Shown here: positions 9,357-21,269 of the stretch, in pieces
Position numbering within the stretch: position 1 is the stretch's first letter
How the letters are laid out: every line of letters starts with the position of its first letter
Assembly: GCA_963748015.1 (NCBI GenBank)
Contig: CAVVHE010000008.1
Coordinates: 32,001-96,000 of the forward strand
Length of the DNA: 64,000 nucleotides
Direction: 5' to 3'
Origin: Terriglobia bacterium
GTDB taxonomy: Bacteria; Acidobacteriota; Polarisedimenticolia; Polarisedimenticolales; JAIQFR01
Program-made: the position numbers and the translations under genes
The notes under the pieces: generated by a model
Told to the model about the DNA's origin: nothing
Database searches by the model: none
The model's input: only the letters and a program-made list of their open reading frames with translations

Positions 9357-10445
9357 GTGACCCACCCGCTGCGTCTCAAGAGGGTGCATCACATCGAGCT
9401 GATCGTCGGCAACGCGCTCCAGGCGGCGTACTTCTACCGGAAGGCGTTCGGCTTCGGCCAGATCGCGTACATGGGGCCGGAAACGGGGACCCGCGGAAGG
9501 GCGTCGTACGTCGTCGGGAACGACAAGATACGCCTGGTCCTCACGTCGCCGCTGTCCCACGAGGACCCGCGCAACGTCTTCCTCACGCTCCACGGCGACA
9601 GCGTCAAGGATCTCGCCTTCGAGGTGGACGACGCGGACGCGGCGTACCGCGAGGTCGTCTCGCGCGGTGCCGAGACGGTGATGCCGCCCACCGAGTTCAA
9701 GGATCGCGACGGGTCGGTGACCGTCTTCGCGATCAAGACCTACGGCGACACGATCCACTCCTTCGTGGCCAGGAACGGGTACGGCGGGGTGTTCCTCCCC
9801 GGGTACCGGGACGTGGAGCGCAAGGGAGCGGACACGGGGCTCCTGGTCGTGGACCACGTGGTGGGGAACGTAGAGGACCGGCAGATGGACCGCTGGGCGG
9901 ACTGGTACATCCGCACGCTCGGCTTCCACCAGTTCGTCTCGTACGACGACAAGGACATCTCCACCGAGTACTCGGCCCTCCGGAGCAAGGTGATGGCGAG
10001 CTCGCCCGACCGGCGGATCAAGATGCCGATCAACGAGCCGGCCACCGGCCTCAAGAAGAGCCAGATCCAGGAGTACCTCGATTTCAATGTCACCGCGGGG
10101 GTCCAGCACGTCGCGCTCCTGACCGACGACATCGTCGCGACGGTGACGCGCCTCAGGGAGAACGGCCTCGACTTCCTCCACGTTCCCGAGTCGTACTACG
10201 ACACGATCTGGGACCGGGTCGGGGAGATCGGCGAGGACCGCGAGGCGATCCGGAAGCTCGGCATCCTCGTGGACCGCGACGAGACCGGCTACCTGCTGCA
10301 GCTCTTCACGAAGCCGATCCAGGACCGGCCGACGCTCTTCTTCGAGGTGATCGAGCGCCACGGCTGCCAGAGCTTCGGCAAGGGGAACTTCAAGGCGCTG
10401 TTCGAGTCCATCGAGCGCGAGCAGGCGCGCCGCGGCAACCTCTGA
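9357..10445 (+). CDS. hppD: 4-hydroxyphenylpyruvate dioxygenase
   Basis: DHVVGNV, KSQIQEYL, GVQHVAL, LLQLFTKP, FGKGNFKALFESIEREQ; GAGGAGG RBS. Confidence 0.97.
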   Translation: MTHPLRLKRVHHIELIVGNALQAAYFYRKAFGFGQIAYMGPETGTRGRASYVVGNDKIRLVLTSPLSHEDPRNVFLTLHGDSVKDLAFEVDDADAAYREVVSRGAETVMPPTEFKDRDGSVTVFAIKTYGDTIHSFVARNGYGGVFLPGYRDVERKGADTGLLVVDHVVGNVEDRQMDRWADWYIRTLGFHQFVSYDDKDISTEYSALRSKVMASSPDRRIKMPINEPATGLKKSQIQEYLDFNVTAGVQHVALLTDDIVATVTRLRENGLDFLHVPESYYDTIWDRVGEIGEDREAIRKLGILVDRDETGYLLQLFTKPIQDRPTLFFEVIERHGCQSFGKGNFKALFESIEREQARRGNL

Positions 10446-10455
10446 GGGTCACGCC

Positions 10456-11617
10456 ATGCCGTTCTACCACAGGCTCGGAAACGTCCCGCACAAGCGCCAC
10501 ACCGTCTTCCCCAAGGAAGGCGGCGGGATGTACTACGAGCACCTGATGGGGAACCTGGGCTTCACCGGGCTCCAGTCGCTGCTCTACCACGTGCGGCGCC
10601 CCACGGTCGTGCTCGAGGCGAAGTGCCTCGGGGAGATCCGCTGGGCTCCCGATCCCGACGCCACGCTTCGCATGCGCCACTTCTTCACCCACCGCCTGCC
10701 GCCGGCCGGGCCGGACGCGGCGACCGACAGGCTCCCGCTGCTGTTCAACCGGGACGTCGCGGTCTCCCTCGCGAGGCCGTCGGCTCCGCTCGGGGCGTTC
10801 TACCGGAACGCCCAGGGGGACGAGCTCGTCTACGTCGCCGAGGGGGGCGGCGTCCTGGAGTCGCAGTTCGGCGAGCTGCCGTTCCGCAAGGGGGACTACG
10901 TCGTCATCCCGAGGGGAATCTTGCACCGCTGGCGCTTGGCGCCGGTCGGGCAGATCTTCCTGGTGATCGAGAGCGAGGGGTACGTCAGGACCCCGCGGCG
11001 CTACCGCAACGCGCACGGACAGCTCCTCGAGCACAGCCCGTTCTGCGAGCGGGACATCCGAGTTCCCGGGGCGCTTCCCGTCCACGACGAGACCGGCGAG
11101 TTCCCGGTCCTGGTCAAGAAGGGGAACGCGCTGCACCGCGTCGTGCTCGGCCACCACCCGTTCGACGTCGTCGGCTGGGACGGGTGCTACTACCCCTGGG
11201 CCTTCAACATCGAGGACTTCGAGCCGATCACCGGCCGCGTCCACCAGCCCCCGCCGGTCCACCAGACCTTCGAGAGCGAGGGGTTCGTGATCTGCTCGTA
11301 CGTGCCCAGGCTCTACGACTACCACCCGCTGTCCGTCCCCGCCCCCTACAACCACTCGAACGTCGCCTCGGACGAGATGCTCTACTACTGCAACGAGGAG
11401 TTCATGAGCCGGAAGGGGATCGAGTACGGCTCGGTCACGCTCCACCCCGACGGGCTCCCGCACGGCCCGCAGCCCGGCAAGGCCGAGGAGTCGGTCGGAA
11501 AGACCGCGACCAACGAGCTGGCGGTCATGGTGGACACCTTCGCGCCCTTTGACCGTCGCGGCGGCGGCGCTCCCGAGCGAGGACGCGTCGTACGGCCGGT
11601 CGTGGCTCGAGCCATGA
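10456..11617 (+). CDS. hmgA: Homogentisate 1,2-dioxygenase (one extra base at ~11548, probable sequencing error)
   Basis: PFDVVGWDG, HQPPPVH, PYNHSN, HGPQPG, ELAVMVDTF. Removing one T from CCCTTT restores the C-terminus FAPLTVAAAALPSEDASYGRSWLEP*, with TGA at 11615-11617 overlapping the next ATG. Confidence 0.92.
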
Positions 11618-12594
11618 CTTCCACGGAAACGAGCGCCGCATTCCGCGCGTTCATGAGCGGCCTGATCGATTACGCGGGGCTGTTCCCGCCCGCGCGCCTC
11701 GAGCTCGGGCCCGCCGTGGACGAGTACGTCCGGCACCTCGGCGAGCCCGAGAGCTTCATGCTCGGCCGCTTCATCATCCCCTCCGCGCGCGCCGGCGAGC
11801 TCCTCGACCGGCTCCCGGACCCGGCGGCGGGACGGCCGTTCCGTCTCGCGGTTCTCGCGGGGGGCGGCCCGACGGAGCGGGAGGCGCTCAACCTCATCCG
11901 ATCCGAGGCGACGGCGCTGCGCGCGCTCGTCGAGGCCCGCCCCGGCAAGGCGGCCGTCGAGGCGATCGAGACGCGCCTCCCCAGGGAGACGGTGGACGCC
12001 GCGGACGCCGAGCGCGTGCGCGACTACGTGGACGACTTCCGCGCCGTGCTCGCCGGCGCCGGCCTCCGGGGGATCCCGGTCTTCTTCGAGGCCGCGCAGG
12101 GCGCGCGGTGGCGCGAGACCGACCGTGACGCGGTGGTGGGGCTCGCCGACGCGGGGGCGGCGGATCCCTGGCCGCACCCGGGGTTCAAGCTGCGCTGCGG
12201 CGGGCCCGAGCCAGCGGACGTGCCGCCGCCCGAACGGGTCGCGCGCGCGATCGCGGAGTGCCGCGACCGCGGCGTGCCCTTGAAGTGCACGGCGGGGCTG
12301 CACCAGCCGATGCGGCGCGCGGGCGGAGGGCCGGAGCGTCACGGGTTCCTGAACGTCTTCGCCGCAGCGGTCCTCGCGTCGGCGCGCCGTCTCGCCGAAG
12401 CGGAGATCGAGGCCTGCGTGCGCGAGGAGGAGCCGTCGAGCTTCCGGCTCGACGAAGACGCGCTCTCGTGGCGCGGGCGCAGCGCTTCCGCCGCGGAGGT
12501 GGAGGAGGCGCGCAGGACGCTCGCGACCGGGTTCGGGAGCTGCTCCTTCGACGAGCCGCGTCAGGCGCTGCGCGACCTCGGCTTCCTGTGTTGA
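11614..12594 (+). CDS. Conserved uncharacterised protein within the homogentisate operon
   Basis: ATGA overlap with corrected hmgA; motifs GLIDYAGLFPPA, GFKLRCGG, KCTAGLH, HGFLN, FGSCSFDEP. Confidence 0.85.
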   Translation: MTSTETSAAFRAFMSGLIDYAGLFPPARLELGPAVDEYVRHLGEPESFMLGRFIIPSARAGELLDRLPDPAAGRPFRLAVLAGGGPTEREALNLIRSEATALRALVEARPGKAAVEAIETRLPRETVDAADAERVRDYVDDFRAVLAGAGLRGIPVFFEAAQGARWRETDRDAVVGLADAGAADPWPHPGFKLRCGGPEPADVPPPERVARAIAECRDRGVPLKCTAGLHQPMRRAGGGPERHGFLNVFAAAVLASARRLAEAEIEACVREEEPSSFRLDEDALSWRGRSASAAEVEEARRTLATGFGSCSFDEPRQALRDLGFLC

Positions 12595-12625
12595 ACGGGC
12601 TCAGAGACAGCATGGAAAGGGCACC

Positions 12626-13906
12626 ATGGATCCCACCCACGATCCCGGCTTGAAGTCCTTCGTCGAGGTCCCGGACGGCTCCCACTTCCCGATCCAGAAT
12701 CTCCCCTACGGCGTGTTCCGTCCGCGCGAGGGCGGCGCCCGGCCGGGCATCCGGATCGGCGACCTCGTGCTCGACCTTCGCGGGCTCGAGGAGGCCGGCG
12801 GCTTCGACGGGTGCGCGCACCTGCCCCGCGGCACCTTCGCCGTGCCCGAGCTCAACCCGCTCTTGGCACTCGGACGCCCCGCGTGGCGGGAGGCGCGCGA
12901 GAGGCTGTCGCGCCTGCTCCGAGCGGACGAGCCGGGGCTGCGAGACGACGGGCCGCTGCGCGATCGCCTGTTCTTCCCGGCCGCGGCCGTCGAGATGCTC
13001 CTCCCCGCGCGGATAGGCGACTACACCGACTTCTACTCGTCGAGGGAGCACGCGACCAACGTCGGGATCATGTTTCGCGGGAAGGACAACGCCCTGATGC
13101 CGAACTGGCTCCACCTTCCCGTCGGCTACCACGGCCGCGCGAGCTCCATCGTGCCGAGCGGCGCGCCGATCCGCCGCCCGCGCGGGCAGGTCAAGGCCGA
13201 CGAGGATCCCGCGCCTTCGCTCGTCGCGTCGCGGCAGCTCGATTTCGAGCTCGAGGTGGGATTCCTCGTCGGGCCGGGGAACGAGCTGGGCCGCCCGATC
13301 CCATGCGCCTCCGCGCGCGAGCACGTTTTCGGACTGGTCCTCGTGAACGACTGGAGCGCGCGGGACGTCCAGCGCTGGGAGTACCAGCCGCTCGGGCCGT
13401 TCAACTCCAAGAACTTCGCGACCACGATCTCGCCGTGGGTCGTGACGCTCGACGCGCTCGCGCCGTTCCGCTGCGCCGGGCCGAAGCAGGACCCCGAGCC
13501 GCTGCCGTACCTCCGCGACGAGGGGAACGGCACGTACGACATCCGTCTCGAGGTGCGCCTCCGCACGCGCGAGATGGAAGTACCCGCGACGATCTGCCGG
13601 AGCAACTTCCGGCACCTCTACTGGAGCGTCGCGCAGCAGCTCGCGCACCACACGATCACGGGCTGCAACGTGCGCCCGGGAGACCTGATGGCCTCCGGGA
13701 CGATCAGCGGCCCCGACGAGGGGAGCCGCGGCAGCATGCTGGAGCTCTCGTGGCGGGGGACGACCCCGGTACGGCTTCCCGGCGGCGCCTGCCGGAGCTT
13801 CCTCGAGGACGGCGACACGGTGGAGCTCGCCGGTTGGTGCGAGGGGGCCGGCTACCGGATCGGCTTCGGGGAGTGCTCGGGCACGGTGCTCCCCGTTCTT
13901 CCGTGA
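12626..13906 (+). CDS. fahA: Fumarylacetoacetase
   Basis: [46 protein letters not shown]. Confidence 0.97.
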   Translation: MDPTHDPGLKSFVEVPDGSHFPIQNLPYGVFRPREGGARPGIRIGDLVLDLRGLEEAGGFDGCAHLPRGTFAVPELNPLLALGRPAWREARERLSRLLRADEPGLRDDGPLRDRLFFPAAAVEMLLPARIGDYTDFYSSREHATNVGIMFRGKDNALMPNWLHLPVGYHGRASSIVPSGAPIRRPRGQVKADEDPAPSLVASRQLDFELEVGFLVGPGNELGRPIPCASAREHVFGLVLVNDWSARDVQRWEYQPLGPFNSKNFATTISPWVVTLDALAPFRCAGPKQDPEPLPYLRDEGNGTYDIRLEVRLRTREMEVPATICRSNFRHLYWSVAQQLAHHTITGCNVRPGDLMASGTISGPDEGSRGSMLELSWRGTTPVRLPGGACRSFLEDGDTVELAGWCEGAGYRIGFGECSGTVLPVLP

Positions 13907-13916
13907 GGGCTCCGCG

Positions 13917-15866
<1,950 letters not shown>

Positions 15867-15879
15867 GGGAGGAGGCACG

Positions 15880-16686
15880 ATGAAGCCGAACGACGAGCTC
15901 TCCGCGTACGAGAAGGCGGCCGAGACGGGGAACGACCCGCGCATCGTGCCGATCAAGCTCGACGGGCCGGTGCCGGAGGCGGACGCGATCCCCTACCCGG
16001 ACTATTCCGACGAGGACCAGGAGACCTGGCGGATCCTGTTCCGGAGGCAGAGCGAGCTGCTGCCGGGGCGCGCCTGCGAGGAGTACCTCGAGGGGCTCCG
16101 GATGATGAAGTTCCCCGTCGACCGTATCCCCACGCTGAAGGATGCCGGCCGTGTCCTCGAGAGGACGACCGGTTGGCAGATCGCGAGGATCCCCGGGCTG
16201 CTCCACGAGAAGGACTTTTTCGCGTTCCTCGCGAGGCGCGTGTTCCCCTCGACCGACTACATCCGCCCTCGCCACGAGCTGGACTACACCCCCGCGCCCG
16301 ACATGTTCCACGACCTGTTCGGCCACACGCCGATGATCACGCTCCCGGCGTTCGCCGACTTCTACCAGAGGATCGGCCAGGTGGCGCTCCGCGCCGAGGG
16401 GAAGAACCGGAGGCGCCTCGAGCGCTTCTACTGGTTCACCGTCGAGTTCGGCCTCATCCACACGGAAGGCGGCCTCCGGATCTACGGCAACGGCATCCTG
16501 TCGTCGTTCACCGAGGCCAAACACTCCCTGACGACCGCGGTCGAGGTGCGCTCGTTCGATCCCTCCGAGATCGTGGAGCAGGACTACGACGTCTGGCACC
16601 TCCAGCCGCTGCTCTACGCGATCGACTCGTTCGAGCAGCTTGCCGACGGATTCGACGCGTGGGCGAGGAGCGAGCGGCTGCTCTGA
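15880..16686 (+). CDS. phhA: Phenylalanine 4-hydroxylase
   Basis: PDMFHDLFGH and YWFTVEFGL iron-ligand motifs of aromatic amino acid hydroxylases. Confidence 0.95.
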   Translation: MKPNDELSAYEKAAETGNDPRIVPIKLDGPVPEADAIPYPDYSDEDQETWRILFRRQSELLPGRACEEYLEGLRMMKFPVDRIPTLKDAGRVLERTTGWQIARIPGLLHEKDFFAFLARRVFPSTDYIRPRHELDYTPAPDMFHDLFGHTPMITLPAFADFYQRIGQVALRAEGKNRRRLERFYWFTVEFGLIHTEGGLRIYGNGILSSFTEAKHSLTTAVEVRSFDPSEIVEQDYDVWHLQPLLYAIDSFEQLADGFDAWARSERLL

Positions 16687-16761
16687 GACGCCGGGCGGGG
16701 TGAACGTCGAACGGGCCGGCGAGCCAGCGCCGCCTGCCGGCCGTGCGTCGCCCCCGACGGG

Positions 16762-16923
16762 TCAAGGGCAAGGAGGCGCGACCGTCCTCGGATTCCCGAA
16801 GCTGTTCGTGCCGAGCCCCTTCTCGCCAGCGCCCGTCGCGTGGCTCACCAGGTAGTGGAACCCCTTCTGGGGCGCGCTCGGCACGTCGGCGTCCGCGGAC
16901 AGGGTGTCGGTCAGGATCGCGTC
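16762..16923 (-). pseudogene. Orphan 3' fragment encoding the tail of a secreted-protein C-terminal domain
   Basis: Reads DAILTDTLSADADVPSAPQKGFHYLVSHATGAGEKGLGTNSFGNPRTVAPPCP*; no ATG/GTG/TTG upstream of 16923 in this frame before the stop at ~17073. Confidence 0.55.
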
Positions 16924-17079
16924 GCGGGCGCCGTCGAGCGCGACTGGAACTCGCGCGGCCCCGTGGGCACTCCCCAGATCGGAACGGACTCCGCGAGCGG
17001 CACCGACGCGACGTGCTTCGCGAGCTTCCCGTCGCGGCGGCCCATTTGGGTACGGGATTCGGCGTTTACGCTAAAGTTA

Positions 17080-17107
17080 TTGACCTGAAGCATAAGTTGC
17101 GTATATT
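17080..17107 (+). promoter_or_regulatory. sigma70-type promoter of glnA
   Basis: TTGACC-N16-TATATT in an AT-rich intergenic patch. Confidence 0.55.
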
Positions 17108-17152
17108 TTATCCTCCGTGGACAAAATCCGGCTCAACACCAAGGAGGCCCCG

Positions 17153-18583
17153 ATGCAGGCGCTGCGCGATTTCCTGGAGATCCCCTACGACCAGCTCGAG
17201 GAGATGAACAAGTCGGCGAGGCAGGATCGCCTCGCCCGGAAGGACCCCGGAAAGATCCGCGAGGCGCGGCTCAAGTACCTGCGGGACGAGAAGCGGATCA
17301 AGGCGGTGACGGTCTGCTTCACCGACCTCGAGGGCCGGCTTCACATGCTGGACTACGACAAGAAGTTCCTCCTCGGGTCGGACGACAACCTGACGTTCGA
17401 CGGCTCCTCGATCAAGGGCTTCTCGCGGCAGGCGGAGTCGGACCTGAGGCTCGGCATCGACTGGCCCTCGTTCTGCTGGCTCCCCGCCGACGTCTTCGGT
17501 CCGGGAAAGGTCCTGGTCTTCGGCGAGGTGCTGGACCAGGACGGCTCCCCCTACGTCGGCGACGTCCGGGCGCGCCTCAAGGGGCTCAGCGACGAGCTGA
17601 ACAAGAAGGGGATGGTCGCCCACGCCTCGAACGAGATCGAGGGGTTCCTCTTCAACGGGCGCGACGCCGAGCGCCGGTATCGCGAGGTCGGGGCCTTCGA
17701 GTTCATCTCGACGGGCGGCTACTACCACTCGCTCCCGGGCGACACGCTGCGCAAGTTCATCGACGGCAACGCGGAGGTCCAGCGCGCCCTCGGCTTCGGC
17801 AACGAGAAGGACCACCCGGAGGTCGCGCCGTCGCAGTTCGAGATGAACTACTCCCACACCGAGGCGGTCCTCGCGGCGGACCAGGTGCAGCTCTACAAGC
17901 TGGTCGCGCGCCAGGTGGCGGCGCAGATGGACCTCACGGCCTCGTTCTTGCCGAAGCCGGTGGCCGGCGTGAACGGCAACGGTATGCACACGAACATGTC
18001 CCTCGCCAAGAACGGGAAGAACCTCTTCCACGACAAGAAGGGGCAGGACGGGCTCTCCAAGCTCGCCTGGGACTTCATCCAGAGAATTCTCGCGAACGCC
18101 AACGACATCTGCCTGATCCTCAACTCGAGCGTGAATTCCTACCGGCGCCTGGACCCCCACTTCGAGGCGCCGAACCAGATCAAGGTGTCGGCCTCCGACC
18201 GGGGCTCGATGGTCCGAATCCCGATCGGGAACGAGAGGTCGGCCCGGATCGAGGTCCGGTCGATCGCGCCGGACTCGAACCCGTACCTCGCCATCTACGC
18301 GCTGGTCCGCACCGGGCTCGAGGGGCCGCTCGGGGGGGACGAGAACGACGGGAAGCGCACGCGCACGCGTTTCCTTCCGGACAACATCTACGACGCCGTC
18401 CGGATGTTCAAGGGGAGCAAGTTCGCGCAGCAGATCCTCGGCGCCGACGTGCACGAGAAGTTCGCCGAGCTCAAGCTTGCCTCGGCCGAGCGGTGCCCGA
18501 AAGCGCTCGGCACCCGCATCAAGCGGAGCGAGATCCAGTTCCACCACGAGGTGACGAACCAGTACCTGTGGTCGCAGTTCTGA
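17153..18583 (+). CDS. glnA: Glutamine synthetase family protein
   Basis: FDGSSI, HPEVAPSQFE, PKP...NGNGMH, SYRRL, RIP, RIEVR; AAGGAGG RBS before ATG 17153. Confidence 0.88.
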   Translation: MQALRDFLEIPYDQLEEMNKSARQDRLARKDPGKIREARLKYLRDEKRIKAVTVCFTDLEGRLHMLDYDKKFLLGSDDNLTFDGSSIKGFSRQAESDLRLGIDWPSFCWLPADVFGPGKVLVFGEVLDQDGSPYVGDVRARLKGLSDELNKKGMVAHASNEIEGFLFNGRDAERRYREVGAFEFISTGGYYHSLPGDTLRKFIDGNAEVQRALGFGNEKDHPEVAPSQFEMNYSHTEAVLAADQVQLYKLVARQVAAQMDLTASFLPKPVAGVNGNGMHTNMSLAKNGKNLFHDKKGQDGLSKLAWDFIQRILANANDICLILNSSVNSYRRLDPHFEAPNQIKVSASDRGSMVRIPIGNERSARIEVRSIAPDSNPYLAIYALVRTGLEGPLGGDENDGKRTRTRFLPDNIYDAVRMFKGSKFAQQILGADVHEKFAELKLASAERCPKALGTRIKRSEIQFHHEVTNQYLWSQF

Positions 18584-18606
18584 TCCCGCGCCAAGGCGAG
18601 CACGGG

Positions 18607-18642
18607 GAAGCCCTTCTCCCGGCTTGCCGGGAGGAGGGCTTC
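18607..18642. terminator. Stem-loop between convergent genes
   Basis: GAAGCCCTTCTCCCGGC-TT-GCCGGGAGGAGGGCTTC; no U-tract. Confidence 0.55.
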
Positions 18643-18719
18643 GTGACGCGCCGGAAAGGCGCGGTTGTTTCGCTACCGGCCCGCGAGCAGCACGATGAAG
18701 GCCGCGATCCGCACGTTCC

Positions 18720-19625
18720 TCATCGCGTTCCCCCTCCGACGAGCCCGAGCCCCTTCGACGCCGCCCCCTGCATCCGCGGCTCCGCCGGCGGGGCCGCGAT
18801 CCCGGCCCCGGGCCCAAAGATGGTCCTGGACGCTCCCATGTCGCCGTTCAATCCGATCGTGATCTCGTCCACCACCAGGTCGTCCCGCCCGCTCATCGCG
18901 GCGGCTTGGCGGGCGATCAGCGTGAGCCCTCCGCAGCAGGGCACCTCCATCCGGACGACGGCGACCCTCGGAATCGTCGCGTCGCGGAGGATCGCCGCGA
19001 GCTTCGCCACGTAGGGCGACGTGTCGTCGAGCTTGGGGCAGGCGATCGCGACCGAGCGCCCCCTCAGGAACCTCCAGTGCACGTCGGCCGACGCGACGGC
19101 GCCGCAGGAGTTCAGGAGCACCAGCTCCTTCCCGCGAAAGAACGGGGCGCCCGGCTGCACCAGGTGGAGCTGGACCGGCCACTGCCGCAGCTCCGACGGG
19201 ATCGCCTGCTTCGGCCCCGAGCCGTCCCCGGTGTGCGCGACGGCCGGCGGGGCCGGGTCGAGGCGGGCCCGCGAGCCGGGGCAGCCGCCGCCGGCATGGG
19301 CGTGCGGCGGCGCGGGGGAGGCATGGCGCGCCTCGTGGACGGCCGCGGCTTCCTCGAGACGCCTGACCGCCTCGGCGCCGCCGGTCGCCGCGACGTGCGC
19401 GCGCGTCGCCTCGAAATCGAATTCGCCGGCCTCGCGCTCCTCGATCACGAGCGCTCCCGTCGGGCACTCCCCGATGCAGTCGCCGAAGCCGTCGCAGTAC
19501 TGCTCCTTCACGAGGCGGGCCTTGCCGTCCACGATCGCGAGCGCGCCCTCCGAGCACGCGGTGACGCACTCCCCGCAGCCGTCGCAGAGCGCCTCGTCGA
19601 TGGTAATGATCTTTCTCGTTGCCAT
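18720..19625 (-). CDS. 2[4Fe-4S] ferredoxin-domain protein (type often associated with Hcp)
   Basis: CDGCGECVTAC and CDGFGDCIGECP clusters; C-terminal WPVQL, ACPKLDD, MEVPCCGG; AAGGAG RBS. Confidence 0.88.
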   Translation of the reverse strand: MATRKIITIDEALCDGCGECVTACSEGALAIVDGKARLVKEQYCDGFGDCIGECPTGALVIEEREAGEFDFEATRAHVAATGGAEAVRRLEEAAAVHEARHASPAPPHAHAGGGCPGSRARLDPAPPAVAHTGDGSGPKQAIPSELRQWPVQLHLVQPGAPFFRGKELVLLNSCGAVASADVHWRFLRGRSVAIACPKLDDTSPYVAKLAAILRDATIPRVAVVRMEVPCCGGLTLIARQAAAMSGRDDLVVDEITIGLNGDMGASRTIFGPGAGIAAPPAEPRMQGAASKGLGLVGGGTR

Positions 19626-19705
19626 CGTCCTCTCCTTGTCCCACGGTCCCGGGAAGGTCACGATCCCGAGCAGGGCCTCAATCTGATCATCCGAGCTCCT
19701 TCCGC

Positions 19706-19725
19706 GCCGTGACCAGGGTCACGGC
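19706..19725. promoter_or_regulatory. Crp/Fnr-family binding site
   Basis: Perfect inverted repeat GCCGTGACC-AG-GGTCACGGC (CGTGA-N6-TCACG) between the divergent ferredoxin and Crp/Fnr genes. Confidence 0.75.
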
Positions 19726-19769
19726 AGCCTCGCGCGTCGGGACCCACCGGTTGTGGCATGCTCGGGGCG

Positions 19770-20429
19770 ATGAAGGGCAAGCGCGAGATCCTCCGCTCGG
19801 TACCCATCTTCCGGGAGCTTCCGGACCCCCTCCTCGAAGAGATCCTAAGCCTCTGCTCGGAAACGACTTACTTGAAAGGGGAGACCGTCTTCCTCCAGGG
19901 CGGCAAAGCGGTCGGCCTGTTCGTCGTGTGGCGCGGGGAGCTGAAGGTCTACAACGTCGGCGACGGCGGGCGGGAGCAGATCCTCGAGATCGAAGGGCCC
20001 GGGCGGACGGTCGCCGAGCTGCCGCTCTTCGACGGCCTGCCGTACCCGGCCTCCTGCGCGGCCCTCGAGGACAGCATCGTCCTCACCATGCCCGCCTCGA
20101 CCTTTCACCGGCTCGTCGAGGCGAACCCCCTGCTCGCGCGCGCCGTCATCTCGAGCCTCTCGCAGCGCCTCCGCCACATGGTCTCGCTCGTCGGGGAGAT
20201 CTCGCTGAGGGACGTGCGCGAGCGGCTGGCGACGCTCCTCCTCGACCTCGCGGGCGATCGGGACGAGGTCGAGCTTCCCTGGACCAACCAGGACATCGCG
20301 TCGCGCATCGGGACCGTTCGCGAGATCGTCTCGCGGACGATGAGCCGGATGACTCACGAGGGCGTGATTCGTCTCGACGGCCGCATGCTGACGATCCTCG
20401 ACCGTCGCAGGCTCTCGGGACCGAGTTGA
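19770..20429 (+). CDS. Crp/Fnr family transcriptional regulator (HcpR/Dnr-like)
   Basis: cNMP-binding fold plus HTH (NQDIASRIGTVREIVSR); no FNR N-terminal Cys cluster. Alternative start 19758. Confidence 0.9.
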   Translation: MKGKREILRSVPIFRELPDPLLEEILSLCSETTYLKGETVFLQGGKAVGLFVVWRGELKVYNVGDGGREQILEIEGPGRTVAELPLFDGLPYPASCAALEDSIVLTMPASTFHRLVEANPLLARAVISSLSQRLRHMVSLVGEISLRDVRERLATLLLDLAGDRDEVELPWTNQDIASRIGTVREIVSRTMSRMTHEGVIRLDGRMLTILDRRRLSGPS

Positions 20430-20512
20430 GGGGGCCGTCGAGCGCTCCGGCGTGGCGGCTGTCCCACCACTCGAATTGACGGCAACCGCGCCTCCGCGCC
20501 ATCCTGTCCGGG

Positions 20513-21265
20513 ATGAACGGAACGGATGCCTGCTGCGCGCACGGGGCCACGGGAGGAGATCCTCTTTCCCTGACGCTCCTGTTCGGGACGGGGCTCCTGA
20601 TGAGCTTCGGCCACTGCCTCGGCATGTGCGGGCCGATCGCGGCGGCGTTCGCGCTCGCGCAGGCTCCCTCGGGAGCTTCGAGGTGGCGGCTTCTGCCGCC
20701 GCTCGCGCTCTACAACGCGGGACGCGTCACCGCTTACTCGGCGATCGGCGTCGCGGCGGGCCTGGCCGGGGCGCTCTTCGCGTCCGTCGGCGGGGCGCGC
20801 GCCGCGGTCTCTCTCGCCGCGGGCATCCTGGTCTTCGCCGCGGGGTTGGCACTCGCGGGGATCTTGCCCGCGACGCGGTGGCTCGAAGCCTCGCCCCTCG
20901 GCTCGGCCGTCTCCCGCGCGATCCGGTCGCTCATCGGCTCCCGGAGCACTCTCGGGAACTACGCCCTGGGCGTCGCGAACGGCTTCCTGCCGTGCGGACC
21001 CGTCGCGGCCGCGGCGCTCGCCGCCGCGGGGGCCGGCGGCGCCCTCCGCGGCGCGGCGGCCATGGCGGCGTACGGCGCCGGGACCGTTCCGGCGATGCTC
21101 GCCCTGGGCCTGGGGGCGTCGGCGCTCGGAGCCGGCGCCCGGGCGCGGCTGCAACGCGTCGGGGCCGTCCTCGTCGTCCTGCTCGGGGCCCAGCTCGTCC
21201 TGCGCGGCCTCCACGGCTTCGGACTCCTGGGGACCGGCGAGCTCGGTCCCCTCGTGCTCTGGTAG
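20513..21265 (+). CDS. DsbD_2/TauE-like membrane protein for cbb3 oxidase maturation
   Basis: GHCLGMCGP and GFLPCG motifs, multiple TM segments, first gene of the cco operon. Confidence 0.85.
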   Translation: MNGTDACCAHGATGGDPLSLTLLFGTGLLMSFGHCLGMCGPIAAAFALAQAPSGASRWRLLPPLALYNAGRVTAYSAIGVAAGLAGALFASVGGARAAVSLAAGILVFAAGLALAGILPATRWLEASPLGSAVSRAIRSLIGSRSTLGNYALGVANGFLPCGPVAAAALAAAGAGGALRGAAAMAAYGAGTVPAMLALGLGASALGAGARARLQRVGAVLVVLLGAQLVLRGLHGFGLLGTGELGPLVLW

Positions 21266-21269
21266 GCGC

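Noticed and set aside
10456..12594. 712-aa HmgA fusion protein in the ORF track
   Set aside because: One extra T near 11548. Correction restores the normal HmgA C-terminus and an ATGA-coupled second gene.
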